Position numbers and translations under genes: made by a program | The notes under the pieces: generated by a model | What the model was told of the DNA's origin: nothing | The model's input: only the letters and a program-made list of their open reading frames with translations | Databases searched by the model: none | Shown: in pieces, positions 1-13,160 of the stretch | Layout: every line of letters starts with the position of its first letter | Position numbering within the stretch: position 1 is the stretch's first letter | Origin: Raja brachyura | Taxonomy: Eukaryota | Length of the DNA: 64,000 nucleotides | Direction of reading: 5' to 3' | Assembly (NCBI GenBank): GCA_963514005.1 | Contig: OY740804.1 | Coordinates: forward strand, 2,232,001 to 2,296,000

Positions 1-470
1 TGTCTACCCTATCTATGCCTCTAGTAATTGATAAACTTCTATCAAGCCTCTCCTCAACCTCTGATGTTCCAGAGGAAACAATGCAAGTTTGTCCAACCTC
101 TCCCTGTAGCTAATCCACTCTAATCCAGGCAACGTTCTGGTAAATCTCCTCTGCACCGTCTCCAAAGCCTCCACATCCTTCCTGTAATGGAGACAACCAG
201 ACCTGCACGCAATGCTCTAAATACCTCCTGGCTAAAGACCGACAGAGCTGCAAGTTGGCTTCCTGACTCTCACGCTCAATGCGCTGACCGATGAAGGCAT
301 TGAATGCATTAGGGTTGTGGATGGATCTCAATCAACGTGCTGGAAGCTCCCACCATTGAAATTCTGGAGCGATGAAAAACTAGTTCAAATACGACGTCAA
401 ACTGGCTAAACTCCCGAGATGAAAGCCCACAGGAAAAGTTGGGTTTCTTTGTGTGTAGAAGGACACTCAC

Positions 471-3400
471 TTGCCGAGCTGAGGAACCTCGTAGCCAGTA
501 TCAATGTTGCTCATCCCACCAGCAACGGCAGCTGAGAGCAGCAAGCGTGGCTGTCCTGTGCTTTTCCCCTCGGCCTCGAAGGCAGCCATCAGCTCCTGTG
601 GGTCAGAGAGATCGAGGGCTCCTTTAGCAAGAGGTCAAGTCTAGTCTTAGCAAGGGTCCCGACCCGAAATGTCATCTATACTTTTTCCCCAGAGATGCTG
701 CCTGACCCGCAGTGTTACTCCAACACTTTGTGTCAATTTCAAGTTTGGTTTAGTTTGGTTCAGAGATGAAGCGTGGAAACAGGCCCTTCGGCCCATCGAG
801 TTCACGCCGACCAGCGATTATCCTTTCACTCTAGTTATATCCTACATACTTGGGACAATTTACTGAAGCCAATTAACCTACAAACCCACACATATTTGGA
901 TTGCGGGAGGAAACCAGATCACCTGAGGTCACGGGGCGAACGTACAAACTCCGTACAGACAGCATCCATGGTCAGGATTGAACCCGCGTCTCTGGCGCTG
1001 TGAGGCAGCAACTCTACCCCTGCACCACCGTATCGCCCAAGAGTGGGGAAGAAACCTTTTAATCCCCACTCAAAATGGTGCTTGGTTCAAATTTTATTAA
1101 ATTCTTAATTTCTGAATTCTTAAATTCCTTTGTGTAATCTGTGAAAATCTGTCCTTGGTGATCTTGACAATAAGGTTGCATTTATTGGATAAATTTGCAA
1201 GTCATAGAGCTATGTGGCGTGACAACAGACCCTTTGGCCCAACCTGCCCGCACCGACCAATGTGTCCCATCTACACTAGTCCCACAAAGTGCTGGAGTAA
1301 CTCAGCGGGTCAGGCAGCATCTGTGGAGAACATGGATAGGTGACGTTTCACAGAGTGCTGGAGTAACTCAATGGGTCAGGCAGCATTTGTGGAGAACATG
1401 GATAGGTGACGTTTCACAGAGTGCTGGAGTAACTCAATGGGTCAGGCAGCATCTGTGGAGATAAAGGATGGGTTTGGCCTGCGTTTGGCCCATTTATTTT
1501 AACGAAACCCATAGTGAGATGTACTTGACCGCACCTGAGCCAGGACAGTGTAGAGGTGCTTGTCAACAGGGGGACTTCCTCGAGATCCAGGATATTCCCA
1601 ATCGATGTCCAGACCGTCAAAGCCGTACCCTCTCAGGAAGGCGATGACTGACTTGATGAAGATTTGCCGAGTTCCTGATGAGGCGACCATCGCGGTGAAT
1701 CTGCAGGAGGGGTGAATGTGGGGAGAGGAGTTAGAAATGAAATGTGCCGGAGACACGAGGAACGGCCGCTGTACTCAGTGACCCAGTGACTCTGCTGTTA
1801 TATCCTATCATGTACAGATTCACCCAAGCCTTTGTTAAATGCTCAAGTGTTTAGTAAATTACTCCTTTCTCCTGTTATCATCTGAAGTTTCATGTGAAAT
1901 TATTCTTTTTGAAAATAATGTTTAGTTTAGTTTAGAGATACAGCGCAGAAACAGGCCCTTCGGCCCACCCAGTCCGCACCGACCAGCGATCCCCGCACAC
2001 TAACACTATCCTGCACACGCAAGGGACAATTTACGTTTATACCAGGCCAATAAACCTACAAATGGGTACGTCTTTGGAGCGTGGGAGCAAACTGAAGATC
2101 TCTGAGAAAACCCAGTCGGTCACAGGGAGAACGTACCAACTCCACACAGACAGCACCCGTAGTCAGGATCGAACCCGGGTCTCTGGTGCTGTAATATAGA
2201 AAACGTAATTGTAATCATGGTACAACTAGACAAAATAGCACAACCTTTTAGCAAAAAAAGGCTGATTTAGGCACTCGATCGTGAAAAAGGCTTCTTGGCC
2301 AAAGGCATGAAACGCCACATGGCATTAATGGCAAAATTACCATACACACCCACTGTTTACGTCGGGCACATGGAACTACAGGTGCTGGTTTACGAAAAGA
2401 AAAGACACAAAGTGCTGGAGTAACTCAATGGGTCAGGCAGCATCTCTGGAGAACATGGATAGGTGACGATTCCGGTCGAGATCCTTCTCCAGGCTGAGTT
2501 ACTGAGGAGTTACTCCAGCACTTTGTGTCTTTCAATATTCATTCCATATCACAGTCAATTGGAAAATAACTCTTATTTTTTTTAATCTAATGCTAACGTA
2601 AAAAGTTTCCATCTTACTTCTGGGTGCCAAAGTTCCATCCTCCAATGGACAGCAGAGTCTTGAGGTTTGAATTCCTTAAAAAAATGGACAAAACGTGGTT
2701 TTAGAATGATGTTTAGAACAACAGAACATTTTCAGAACTTCTCAGGAACTGGATCTTCTGTTTTTTCGCCCCTTTGGTGTTACGTTTCGTTGAGGGGCTT
2801 TGCCTTAGTCTGGATCTCAAGGGGGTCACAGAAAATGAGGTACAAGTTCACGCAACAAGGCTTCATAAGCAAGGGCCAGTCTCACTCTGTGGGCTGAAGG
2901 GCCTATTTCCTCAATCTGTGACTCAATGATTCTGTTGGCCTGTCCAATAACTTTCTCCTGAATATCCCCCTGGACCAAGTCACCTTTCAGACAGGGGAGG
3001 TGGATGAGATGAGAAAACCTTCAATAAATGGATGTATAACAGGGTCATGGCAAAGACCCTGTTGACCATCGATCACCTGTTCACACCAGTTCAACATTAT
3101 CCCACTTTCTCATCCACTCCCTACGCACTTGGGGCAATTTGTAGAGGCCAATTAACCTAGAAACCCTTTGTAATGTGGGAGAAAACCGGTAATCTAGAGA
3201 AAACCTACACCGTCACAGGGAGAACGTGCAAACTCCACAGAAACAGTGCGCGAGGTCAGGATCGAAACCAGGTCCCTGGCGCCGTGAGGCAGTGACTCTA
3301 CCCGCTGACCCACTGTGCCGCCCGGTACGTATAACAGATGGATTCTTGCCACATACTCTTCAAAACAACTTGTTAAAGAAGGAACTGCAGATGCTGGAGA

Positions 3401-4761
3401 ATCGAGGGTTACACAAAAAGCTGGAGAAAATCAGCGGGTGCAGCAGCATCTAAGGAGCGAAGGAGATAGGCGACGTTTCGGGTCGAGACCCTTCTTCAGA
3501 CTTGGATCGACCATTTTGAAGAGTTTGAAATCCAATGTTCATTAAACACTGGATGTCCCTTCACTTACAGCAAGGACCAGGGAATTCATGGTTAAATTTA
3601 ACCCAATCAGACCCAAATCAGCAGGGTTCCACTCCACCCATTTGTCTCCATCGAGCTGTATCTCTGAGAAGTTAGGCATCACCTTGGTACTTAAAGTCTA
3701 AATTATCCCACTGAACCATCCTCTCACCAACTAGAGAGCGGTCCTGACCTCCCATCTACCTCATTGGAGACACTCGGACTATATGTAATCAGACTTCACT
3801 GGACTTTATCTTGCACTAAACATTATCCCCTTCATCCTGTGTCTGTACATTGTAATCATGTACAGTCTTTCTGCCGACTAGTTAGCACACAACAAAAAGC
3901 TTTTTGTTGTACCATGGTACACGTGACAATAATAAACTAAATTAAACTAAATTAACTGTGGAATATGGGTTATGGGATATTGGTTTGGGGAATATCCAAT
4001 ACAATGACTGGTTAACACGCAACAAAAACCTTTCACTGTCCTCAGTACAGGTGACAATAAACTAAACTGGACAATGTAAACATCGCAACAATGCCCGACA
4101 TTTGAGACACAAGGTTAAGCCCCTGTCCCATTTTCCCGAGTTACTCACGAATTCTCCCGAGTTTTCCCCTTAATTCAAACTCGGAGATGCCAGCCGTAGG
4201 TACTCAGGGCTATTTTTTTTACTCATGGACATTTTTCAACATGCTGAAAAAACGTCCTGACTTACCTGATTCCCCCGAGTACCTACGGCTGGCAATACGA
4301 GCCGCTACGAAGTATCTGCGGACTCCTACCGACTCGCTACAGACATTCTCCAAGTTTGAATCAAGGGGAAAACGCGGGAGAATTCGTGAGTAACTCGGGA
4401 AAGTGGAACAGGTGCTTTAGTATTTATTCAGCAACTGTACTTGTTCTTCAGGCTGTTGATCTCATGGTAGAGTTTTGGGTCGTTCCATTCATAGATGGCG
4501 ATCTGATTGCTCTTCATTCCAGCGAAGGCGTAGATGATGTGGGTGCAAAGGCAAGGGTCCACGTTCTGGGGCATGTATTTACCCTCTCCTGGTCTGTACT
4601 GCGTCCAGTTGGTGAAGTAACACACCAGCCTGTAGGCAGAGCCTGGGCATGGGGGAGACAGGGCGGTCAGGACAATATATCTGTGGCACTCACACAAAGT
4701 AAAGCAAGGCTGCAAATGCACAAAGACTCACCCAGTTGCAGGCAGGCCAGTAAGACCACCG
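471..4761 (-). CDS. CHIA: GH18 chitinase (CHIA-like), copy A, coding exons 2-6; 3' exons lie left of the window
   Basis: GT-AG exons 4732-4761 ([11 protein letters not shown]), 4441-4642 ([18 protein letters not shown]...CTHIIYAFA), 2618-2674 ([18 protein letters not shown]), 1535-1700 ([17 protein letters not shown], catalytic DxDxE), 471-595 (ELMAAFEAE...GYEVPQLGK). Sizes 30/202/57/166/125 match vertebrate CHIA/CHIT1 exon structure. Confidence 0.93.
1284..1460 (+). repeat. 66-bp tandem repeat (Penelope-terminus-like), ~2.7 units; ~3.7 at 29795-30040, ~2.7 at 61009-61188
   Basis: Unit CACAGAGTGCTGGAGTAACTCAATGGGTCAGGCAGCATCTGTGGAGAACATGGATAGGTGACGTTT. Confidence 0.9.
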
Positions 4762-5409
4762 CTGGAACAGAAAACAGAGAGCAGCATGTTAGGATTACGA
4801 CAAACCGTAATAAGTCAGTGAATTGGCCTCCACTGCCGTCTGTGGCAGAAAATTCCACAGATTCACATCTCTCTGGGTGAATTTTGTTTCCTCATCCCAG
4901 TCCTAAATGGGATACCTCTTATTCTTATACTGTGACCCCCTGGCTCTAGGCTCCCCGAAAATATTTCTTGCATACAGCCTGTCCAATCCCTTAAGAATTC
5001 TATAGTTGAATACATCAAGTGGGACCCATTGGGCCCCGTCCCCTAACACAATAATCCACCACTCACCCATTCCCCCAACACAACCCGTTTCCACCACCCA
5101 CCCGTTCCCACAACGCAATAATCCACCACTCACCCATTCCCCCACAGGAGGCCTAGTCCCCCAACGCAACAAGTTCCCCGATGTAAGATTCCGCCACTCA
5201 CTTGTTCCCCCAACGCAACCCATTCCCCCAATGCAATATTCCACCACTCACCCATAGCGCCCAACTGTGCAGGTCATTTTAAACTTTTTTAAAAATGCAA
5301 TTGCACTACAATTTAACATGATGCAGGTGCCACCGACAAGGCCATCTTTTGTTATCCAAATCTAATCATTAATCTTTGCTGTGCTGGGTTAGGCTGGCGT
5401 ATTCTTCCC

Positions 5410-8400
5410 CTGTGTCACTCATGTTATGAGATACTTTGTATCTACGCTCACTAGTTTAACACAAAGCTTCTCATCCCTTTCTCCCTCAGTTTTGTGTTAC
5501 ATATTAAGATGAAGTTACCTATGCTGTAATGCTAATAAAGTATTTGGATTTTAATCACTGTGTGTGACCTAAGTTATCCCAACAGCAGAAGCTCGACATG
5601 GTGTCAGAGTGTACGGACTCACTCCTTGCTTAATTATATTGCTTTTATTTTAGTTTGTTGTTTGTTGTTTTCTCCGGTATATATTACTATGGCCTCTGCT
5701 CTCAGAAAACCAGAGATCCCGTGCAACACCACAAAGACCTTGCAGAACGATGGTGTATATTTGAAGAAGATTTCTAAATTTACATTGAAGCGGCTCAACT
5801 TACTGCTGCTCCAGGTGTTCGAGCATCAATTCTTCTTAATCTAGCAGGCACAGAAGCTGCTCGATGTGCCAGAAGATTTTATTATGAACTAGCTAGGTTT
5901 GACCCAGCTAATGTCCAGATCGCTCCCGCTGAGTCTTTCTGTGACCCTGACTGCCTACTACGCAAATTCCGATAGTTATGTGAGTTACGCACTAACCTGG
6001 TCATGGAGAGGCATTTGTTCTTTTCTCGAATCCAGAGACAGGGTGAACCAATGGAGATGTATGTCAGTGCCTTGAAGCACGTTGCCAATCGATGCGATTT
6101 CAGGGATATATGTGATAGACTAGTCCGTGACTGTTTGGTCTATGGTGTCCGCTATGATAAATTATATGATGAGTTACTGCGGGATGCTGAGCTTACCCTA
6201 GAGACTGCTGAAAACCACTGTCGCATCGCTGAATTGGCTGATGCTCATACAAACGTTTTAGGGCACTCTGCTGGTCGTGAAATTAATGTTGCCGTTCTCC
6301 TCAAGTGCCCGACAACTCTATCGTGAGACTAATAGACAATTGTTTTAACTGTAGGGGTTCGCATGCTGCTGCTCGTGACCGTTGCCCTGCGCATGGAAAA
6401 TTATGTTGATTCTGTAACAAAAGGAATAATTTCTTCAAATGCTGCCGCTCGCATAGCAACAGAGTTCAAACAAAGCAATCTGTTAATTCTCTCAACCAAC
6501 TCCCACGGATAATCAGGCTGCTAGCGAAGGTTTTGACTTGGATGTGCATTCCCGTCAGACTCAATACACAAACAACTAGATCCCAAGGTCGCTTTGCTCA
6601 TTAATGGCAAGAACCTTTATCTGAAAGTTGACACAGGGGCCAGATGTAATGTGATCTGTCTAGCTGTGTTGAAAAAGGTACGATAAACAGAGACTGTCAC
6701 TCCTACGGCTACCTCCCTTCTCCCATTTGCAGGAGGTCCAGTGCACCCTATAGGTCAAGTTGAGTTACGCTGCTGTCTTAACTCACGTATCCACAACCTG
6801 AGTTTCCATGTTGTTCGTGAGGATGTGCCGACGTCTCTGCTGGGTGCCAACGTATGTCAAGACATGGGTCTTATCTCTTTCAGCCCTTCTGTTTATCATC
6901 TGACTCCAACCTGTGACTTTAGCCAACAAATCTGACACAAAACAAAACGTTTTTGGATGACAAGCTAGACAGGTTGCATGTTAAGTACACAATTACCATT
7001 AACCCTGAGATCATCCCAGTTGCCGAACAGCACACAAGATTCCCCATGCTATGTGGGACCGCGTTCAAAGTGAACTGAACAGAGTGGTGTTTCTAGGTGT
7101 GATTGTTCCCATCGCTGACCCCTCGGATTGGTTGTGGCAACAAAGAAGAATAAATATGAAATACAGATTTGTGTGAACAAGTGTGGACACTGTGGACAAG
7201 ATTGCAGCGCAGATGGCTGAAGCAACTGTAGATGCCAAGAGTTCATTCTGGCAGATCTCGCTGGAACACAACTCCTCCAAGTTAACCACCTTCAGCACAC
7301 TGTTCAGGCAATACAGATTACTTTGCATGCCTTTTGGCATAAGCTCTGCCAGTGAAGTATTTCAACGAGCTATGGAGCAGTTGTTTGTGGGTTACCCATG
7401 CTCCATTGTAGTGGATGACATCCTTGTTGCTGGACGAACTGTTGAAGAACACAATGCTAATCTGACAAAGGTCTTGGATCGCTCCAAGGCCATTAACCTC
7501 AAGCAAAACCCAGGGTAAGTCAGGTGAAATGCATAGGCCATATGTTCACTAAGGACGGCCTAAAAACGGATCCGGTGAAAACCAGTGCCATCAACGAGCT
7601 CCCAGCACCCACACACGTGCTTGGTCTACAAAGATTCCTTGGCATCGTGAACTACTTGAGAAAATCTTTTCTGAACTTCAGTGAAATATCAGCCCCATTG
7701 CGCTGTGGTCCCTGCTTTGCTGCACAGCAAGTATATTGACGCTGTCCATGTCGGGCACCCAGGCGCTGAAGCCACCATCCTACGGGCAAGAAACATGTTT
7801 TACAGGCCTGGCATGGCTGAATACATCACCGAGAATGTGACCTCCTGTGCAGTGTGTAACAGCTTGGCACCTCATCAACAAAAGCAACCACTTCTTTCAC
7901 ATCCGGCTCCTGCTCTCCCGTGGTCTACAGTGGCAACTGACATATTTGAATGGCATGGCAAGCAGTACCTGGTACTTGTCAATTTGTATTCTGGATGGTT
8001 TGACATTGATTTTCTTAGCAGCCCCACTTCTCGCGGGGTAGTTTCGAAACTAGCTCGCCATTTTGCAGACCACAGAGCTCCGTGCATACTGCTGTCTGAT
8101 AATGGCAGTCAATTTACCAGCCAACACTTCAAGGAGTTTGCTGCATGTTGGGGTTTTCGCAACATCACCAGCAGCCTTGAATATCCACAGTCGAATGGAC
8201 CAGCTGAGTGGGCCGTCAAGAGTACCAAACAGCTCATGGAATGATCGTACAGAGCTAATTCTGACTCCCACTACCCCGTTTTGGGTTCACCAGCTCAACG
8301 TTTATTCTCGAGGCAGACCCGAGCCACGGTGCCTGTGGCGGATCAGGCATTGATCCCACAGGTGGTTCCACCATCGGAGGTCCAGTCCAGGTTACAAAAA

Positions 8401-9168
8401 AAGCGTGACATTCAAAAACAGTGGTATGACAAGACAAGTAGACCACTGCCACCATTTTCCAAGGGGCAGGTGGTTCATTTGCAGACTGACAATGGCCGTA
8501 TCTGTGTAATTTCTGGAACAGCTTCTGAGCCACGTTCATATCTGGTCAGTGCCGATGGCAGCACCTACAGGCGTAACAGACAAAATATCCTGCCAGTGAA
8601 TGAGCCGATTCCACAACCGTACAAGTGTACTTCTGTCTGTTTCTGGCATTGATCCGCCTACACCAGCACAACAACCCACTTCGGGAGCGGCTGCTTTGCC
8701 GGTGCCGACGCCCCCTCCGCCTGTGCTGAAGTCCCCTGTTTCATCACCGGGAATGCTGGTTCAATCTCTGTCACCCGTGAAGCCACCGGCTCTGTCCATG
8801 GTTGGGAAAAACGGAGATGGTTTTTATCGCACACAAGCTGTCATGTTTGCAAGCCCACCGTGAAGTACCCGGGCTACGTTTGACTTTCCCCCAGCTTATT
8901 ACCAATTGCTATCCATGCCTTATTTAGTCAATGGTTTTGTACTGACATTTTTTTTTTTTAAGAGGGAGGATGTAGATCAGTGTCACTCGTGTTATGAGTC
9001 ATACTTTGTAGCTATGCCCACTAGTTTAACAGAAAGCTTCTCAGCCCTTTCTCCCTCAATCTTGAGTTACGTATTAAGATGAAGTTACCTACGCTGTAAC
9101 GCTAATAAAGTATTTGTATCTTAATCACTGTGTGTGATCTAAGATATTCTAACAGCAGAAGCTCGACA
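5410..9168 (+). mobile_element. Decayed Gypsy/Ty3 LTR retrotransposon
   Basis: LTRs ~5410-5598 and 8971-9168 (TG...CA); PBS TGGTGTCAGAG 5599; PPT AAGAGGGAGGA 8960-8970; TSD TTCCC (5405-5409, 9169-9173); frameshifted gag, protease (LKVDTGA), RT (MPFGISSA, VVDDIL), integrase (HVGHPG...CAVC, SDNGSQF) in Gypsy order. Confidence 0.93.
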
Positions 9169-11293
9169 TTCCCTGGAGGACATTTGCTGTGAAGGACGCA
9201 GTGTTCTGGGATAGAAACTGTAGCCGGTAGGGCATTGTGATGATCACCAGGGGCGCCGGGGAGATGGCAGCCCTACCGGCAGTCTGTTCATTTTTTCATC
9301 TTTTTGTTATTTTTTTGTATTTGTTAAAAGTTTGAATAATGTACCTTGGTTTGTTTTATGTGGGGGGAGGGGGGATCGGGGGAAACTTTTTTTCAGGTTG
9401 TTACCTTCCCGGAGATGTGAGCCATAGCTGGAGCTGGAAGCCGCCTCGAACTGTCGTAAGTCCCACCGCGGAGAGCGGACTTAACATCGGAGCGGATCCC
9501 TTACCTGGGATCGCTCCCACCACGGCCTGCGGACTTACCATCATGGATTCGCAGTCTCGGGAGAGGCAAGTCGGGAGCTCCAATGCCACAGAAGGTTCGA
9601 CCAGCCCCGACACGAGATTGGATCGCTCGGCGCGGGGGAGCTGAACGCGTCTACGCGGGTGGCCCAAACACCACCGGCTACAGGATTCAAGATCATCCCG
9701 TCAACGGAGGGCTCGAGGCCCACGACCGAGGGAGAACAAAAGGGAAGGACTTGAACTTTATTTCGCCTTCCATCACAGTGAGGGATGTGTAGGAGTCACT
9801 GTGGTGGATGTTCATTTTAAAATGTGTTTTTGAGTCTGTTGCTTTTAATTGTATGACTGACCTGGCCAGTGAAATTCCTCGCATGTTGCAAAACATATTT
9901 GGCGAATAAAATCTGATTCTGATTCTTCTGATTCTGATAACTGCCTAACTGACAGTGTAGATTTGAAGAAATCCAACTTTTAAATGTAACTTTAAAACAT
10001 TTAAATATCCCCCTCTGCGTCCCTCTCCTTACAACAATATACAAACACTTTCATAGCTTGTGTATTGACAGCAAAGATCCCATTGTTAAGTCATTTTCAG
10101 TTTTTGGAATGTTCACGGCAGCTTATGTAATTAAGATCCCATTGTGATTGGACAACTGTGGGATGCCATTGTGACATCGCTGGAAGAGTCTCCCTCTCAA
10201 AGGCAGTTATTATTCTCAAAGTTGGCTTTTTTTAAACTTTACATATCAATAACTTGTGAAATATAACAACAAATCTGAAGGAAACATTACATTGACGACG
10301 GGAAAAAAACTGAGTAAGAATCTGCAAAATCCCGGAGACAATCATTCCCATCACCCATTCCCCAAACGTAACCCATTCGACCAACGCAATATTCCACCAC
10401 TCACCCAGAGCCCCCAACTGCGCAAGTGCCGCTCATTGCCCCTCATCCCCAACACTTCCTCCCCCTCCCTCTTCTCTCCCCTCACCTCCTCCCCTCCTCC
10501 ACTCCTCTTTCACCACTCCCTCCTGCTCCTTTCCCCTACCCTCAGCCCCTCCCTACCCTCAGTCAGTCCCTCACACCCCCCATAACTCCTCTCCCCTCCC
10601 TACCCTCCTGACCAATTGGGCTTTGTCTCCCAAACTCTACTGCTGCGCCACCGTGACCACCTATTTATTAAATGTTATCTATGGGTATGGTGTTTCCAAG
10701 CCTATTCTGCTGCTGCAGGTAACCATTTAATTGTTGCATTGTCGGTACATACGACAATTAAACAATCTTGACTGTAGACTCTTGACACCTGAGACCATGT
10801 GATTCACCTAACTTCAGCGACAAACATCCTCTCTTGCTCGGTTCTGTTGAAGGATCTTCATTCTGAATCGTTGCCTCTGTTGCTCCACCACAGATGCTGC
10901 CTGACCCACTGTGTGTCTCCCACATTCCCCTTTATTTTTGTTCCTGTTCTCAACATCTGCAGACTCCTGATTTTCCACATGTTGTTCCGTCCCTGTGTGG
11001 TCATGACCACAAATGGACACAGCTCATAGAACCCGGTGATGTTGCCCGTATTGAACAGGACTTGCACAAAGTTCATACCCAACTCAATGCTGGCGTACAA
11101 AGAATCACTCACACCGGCTGTCTTCAGGGCAGGCAGAAGAGAGTTTATTTCCATTAAAGTCCATTTACAGGGTCAGTTCTCCTCACTGCATGCGATCCGA
11201 AGGGCATGTTTCCCTGCTTTAACTCTGAACTAAACTAAACTAAACTAAACTAAACTAAACTTTGCAAGGGCCCTGCTGAATCAGTGGGAGGTT

Positions 11294-11827
11294 TCACTGG
11301 ATTGTCAGCCGGGCCAATTCTTCACATTCCCTATCACGAAAGGTGGTCCAGACACAGGAATATGTCCCCTCATCTTTCTCTTTTACACCTGTCAGGAGCA
11401 ATGAGCCGTCAAATTCAGGAAAGGGATCTCGATGCATGAACTCCCAGCGGACATCATGGCCCTGATATAGGTAAGGTATTCTAGTATGATTCATGGCAAT
11501 TTCAGCACCATCTTTTCTCCATTTAACTACTCTGAGAGATTCGTAATCTTTGGATACTTTACAGGGCAGCGTAATAGAACCACCCAGAGATGCAACGAGC
11601 ACCTTCATGTTAATCGATGATAGGTGATGACTGTATGTATCAGAATCTGTCTCGTTCGTGCATCTTGAAATCTGTTTAACGTTGACTTGCCGAGGAGCCC
11701 GTGCGTTCCACCCGGGCAAGTTTGCTTCCTCTCCCCATTCTCTGGCGATCGGACCTGTTCCAGTTCCGGAGACTTGCCACACCATCTCCACAAGGACCAT
11801 GAATCCTATCCGTCTCTGCAGTCCCAT
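11294..11827 (-). CDS. Putative secreted prepro single Ig V-type domain protein, paralogue 1 (177 aa)
   Basis: Signal-like MGLQRRIGFMVLVEMVWQVSG, pro-region ending RAPR, V-set motifs GGSITLPC, VKWRK, DGSLLLTGVKEKDEGTYSC; no TM; splice acceptor 4 nt before ATG; AATAAA at 11144-11149 (minus). Confidence 0.88.
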   Translation of the reverse strand: MGLQRRIGFMVLVEMVWQVSGTGTGPIAREWGEEANLPGWNARAPRQVNVKQISRCTNETDSDTYSHHLSSINMKVLVASLGGSITLPCKVSKDYESLRVVKWRKDGAEIAMNHTRIPYLYQGHDVRWEFMHRDPFPEFDGSLLLTGVKEKDEGTYSCVWTTFRDRECEELARLTIQ

Positions 11828-12401
11828 GTTCCTGTGGGTGAAACAACCTTATTGCAACTCAGTAGGATTCATGATGACATTCTCTGAACCTCCCCAGAGT
11901 TGGGGAATCGAGAACCAGAGGACATCTGTTTAAGGTGAGGGGGGGAAAGATTTAATGGGAAACTGAGGGGTGACTTTTTTACACAAAGGGTGGAGGGTGT
12001 TTGGAACGAGCTGCCGGAAGATGTAGTTGAGGCAGGTACTATCACAATGATTAAGAAACAGTTAGACAGGTACATTGATAGGGCAGGATTAGAGGGGTAA
12101 GGGCCAAACGCAGGCAGGTGGGTCTAGTTTTGATGGGGCAAGTTGGTGGGCGCGGGCAAGTTGGGCGGAAGGTCTCGCTGTATGACTCTATGACTCACTT
12201 GTCCCACCCCGGTCATTCCTCCTTCTCCCTGGTCCTGTCTAGCAGAAGGTACAGAAGCTTGAAAGCGCGCACCACCAGACTCAGGAACAGCTTCTTCCCC
12301 TCTGCTATCAGGCTTCTGAACTGGGGGAACAGTGAACAGAGACAATCCCACCCCCATCACTCACAGACACTTGAAGGATCCATAGGGTGGCTACCAGCTC
12401 C

Positions 12402-12627
12402 TTTTATACCTACTCCCGGCTTCTCCTGACCTTCATTGCCTGCGCTCCCGTACATTCAACCAATCACTGCCTCCCACGGAGCATTGGCCGGAGTCAGCCG
12501 TGACCTCTCCACCCTCTGCCAACTGTGTCCTTGCATCAGCCGTTAACGTTTAACAAGAACAACGTCATCACAGCTGCCAGCGGCCAACCAGGCGCCCCAC
12601 ACATCCTGCTTGTGTCTCCACCACGTC
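12402..12627 (-). promoter_or_regulatory. Promoter of Ig paralogue 1: TATA box, ERSE, CCACGTC site
   Basis: TATAAAA 12402-12408 (minus); CCAAT-cactgcctc-CCACG 12460-12478; second CCAAT at ~12483; CCACGTC 12621-12627. Unit-2 copy: TATA 41509-41515, ERSE 41567-41585. Confidence 0.7.
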
Positions 12628-12716
12628 TCGCTCTGGCCAACCATCGCAGTTGAGGCAGAAACTATCCCAAGGTTTAAGAAACAGTTAGACAGGAACAGGT
12701 ATAGGTTAGATTTGGG

Positions 12717-12913
12717 GTACACAAAATGCTGGAGAAACTCAGCGGGTGCAGCAGCATCTATGGAGCGAAGGAGATAGGCAACGTTTCGGGCCGAAACCCT
12801 TCTTCAGACTGATCCCACCCCCATGAAGAAGGGTCTCGGCCCGAAACGTTGCCTATCTCCTTCGCTCCATAGATGCTGCTGCACCCGCTGAGTTTCTCCA
12901 GCATTTTGTGTAC
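12717..12913. repeat. 90-bp near-perfect inverted repeat with 17-nt spacer
   Basis: 12717-12806 and 12824-12913 are reverse complements with one mismatch seen. Confidence 0.92.
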
Positions 12914-13160
12914 TCTCGATTTTCCAGCATCTGCAGTTCCTTCTTAAACACATAGGTTATTGGATGAGTATGGACCAAACATGGACAGATGGGACGAGTG
13001 TAGCTGGGACATGTTGGCCAGTGTGGGCAAGTTGGGCTGAAGGGCCTGTTTCCACGCTGTATCACCCTGTGACTATTACACTATGACATTAAATAAATAA
13101 TGTTTATAAAATGAAACTCCACATAAATCTCATCTTCTCCTCTGGTTGTATACACAACAC

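Noticed and set aside
1284-1460. CRISPR-like reading of the 66-bp and 60-bp arrays
   Set aside because: No unique spacers, no cas genes, vertebrate context.
4356-4880. 174-aa plus-strand ORF (and 33436-33960)
   Set aside because: Antisense shadow of chitinase exons 2-3.
10858-11154. ORFs MEINSLLPALK... and MILCAPALK... shared downstream of Ig genes
   Set aside because: They start at or after the poly(A) signal, have indels between copies and run into repeats; conservation reflects duplication.
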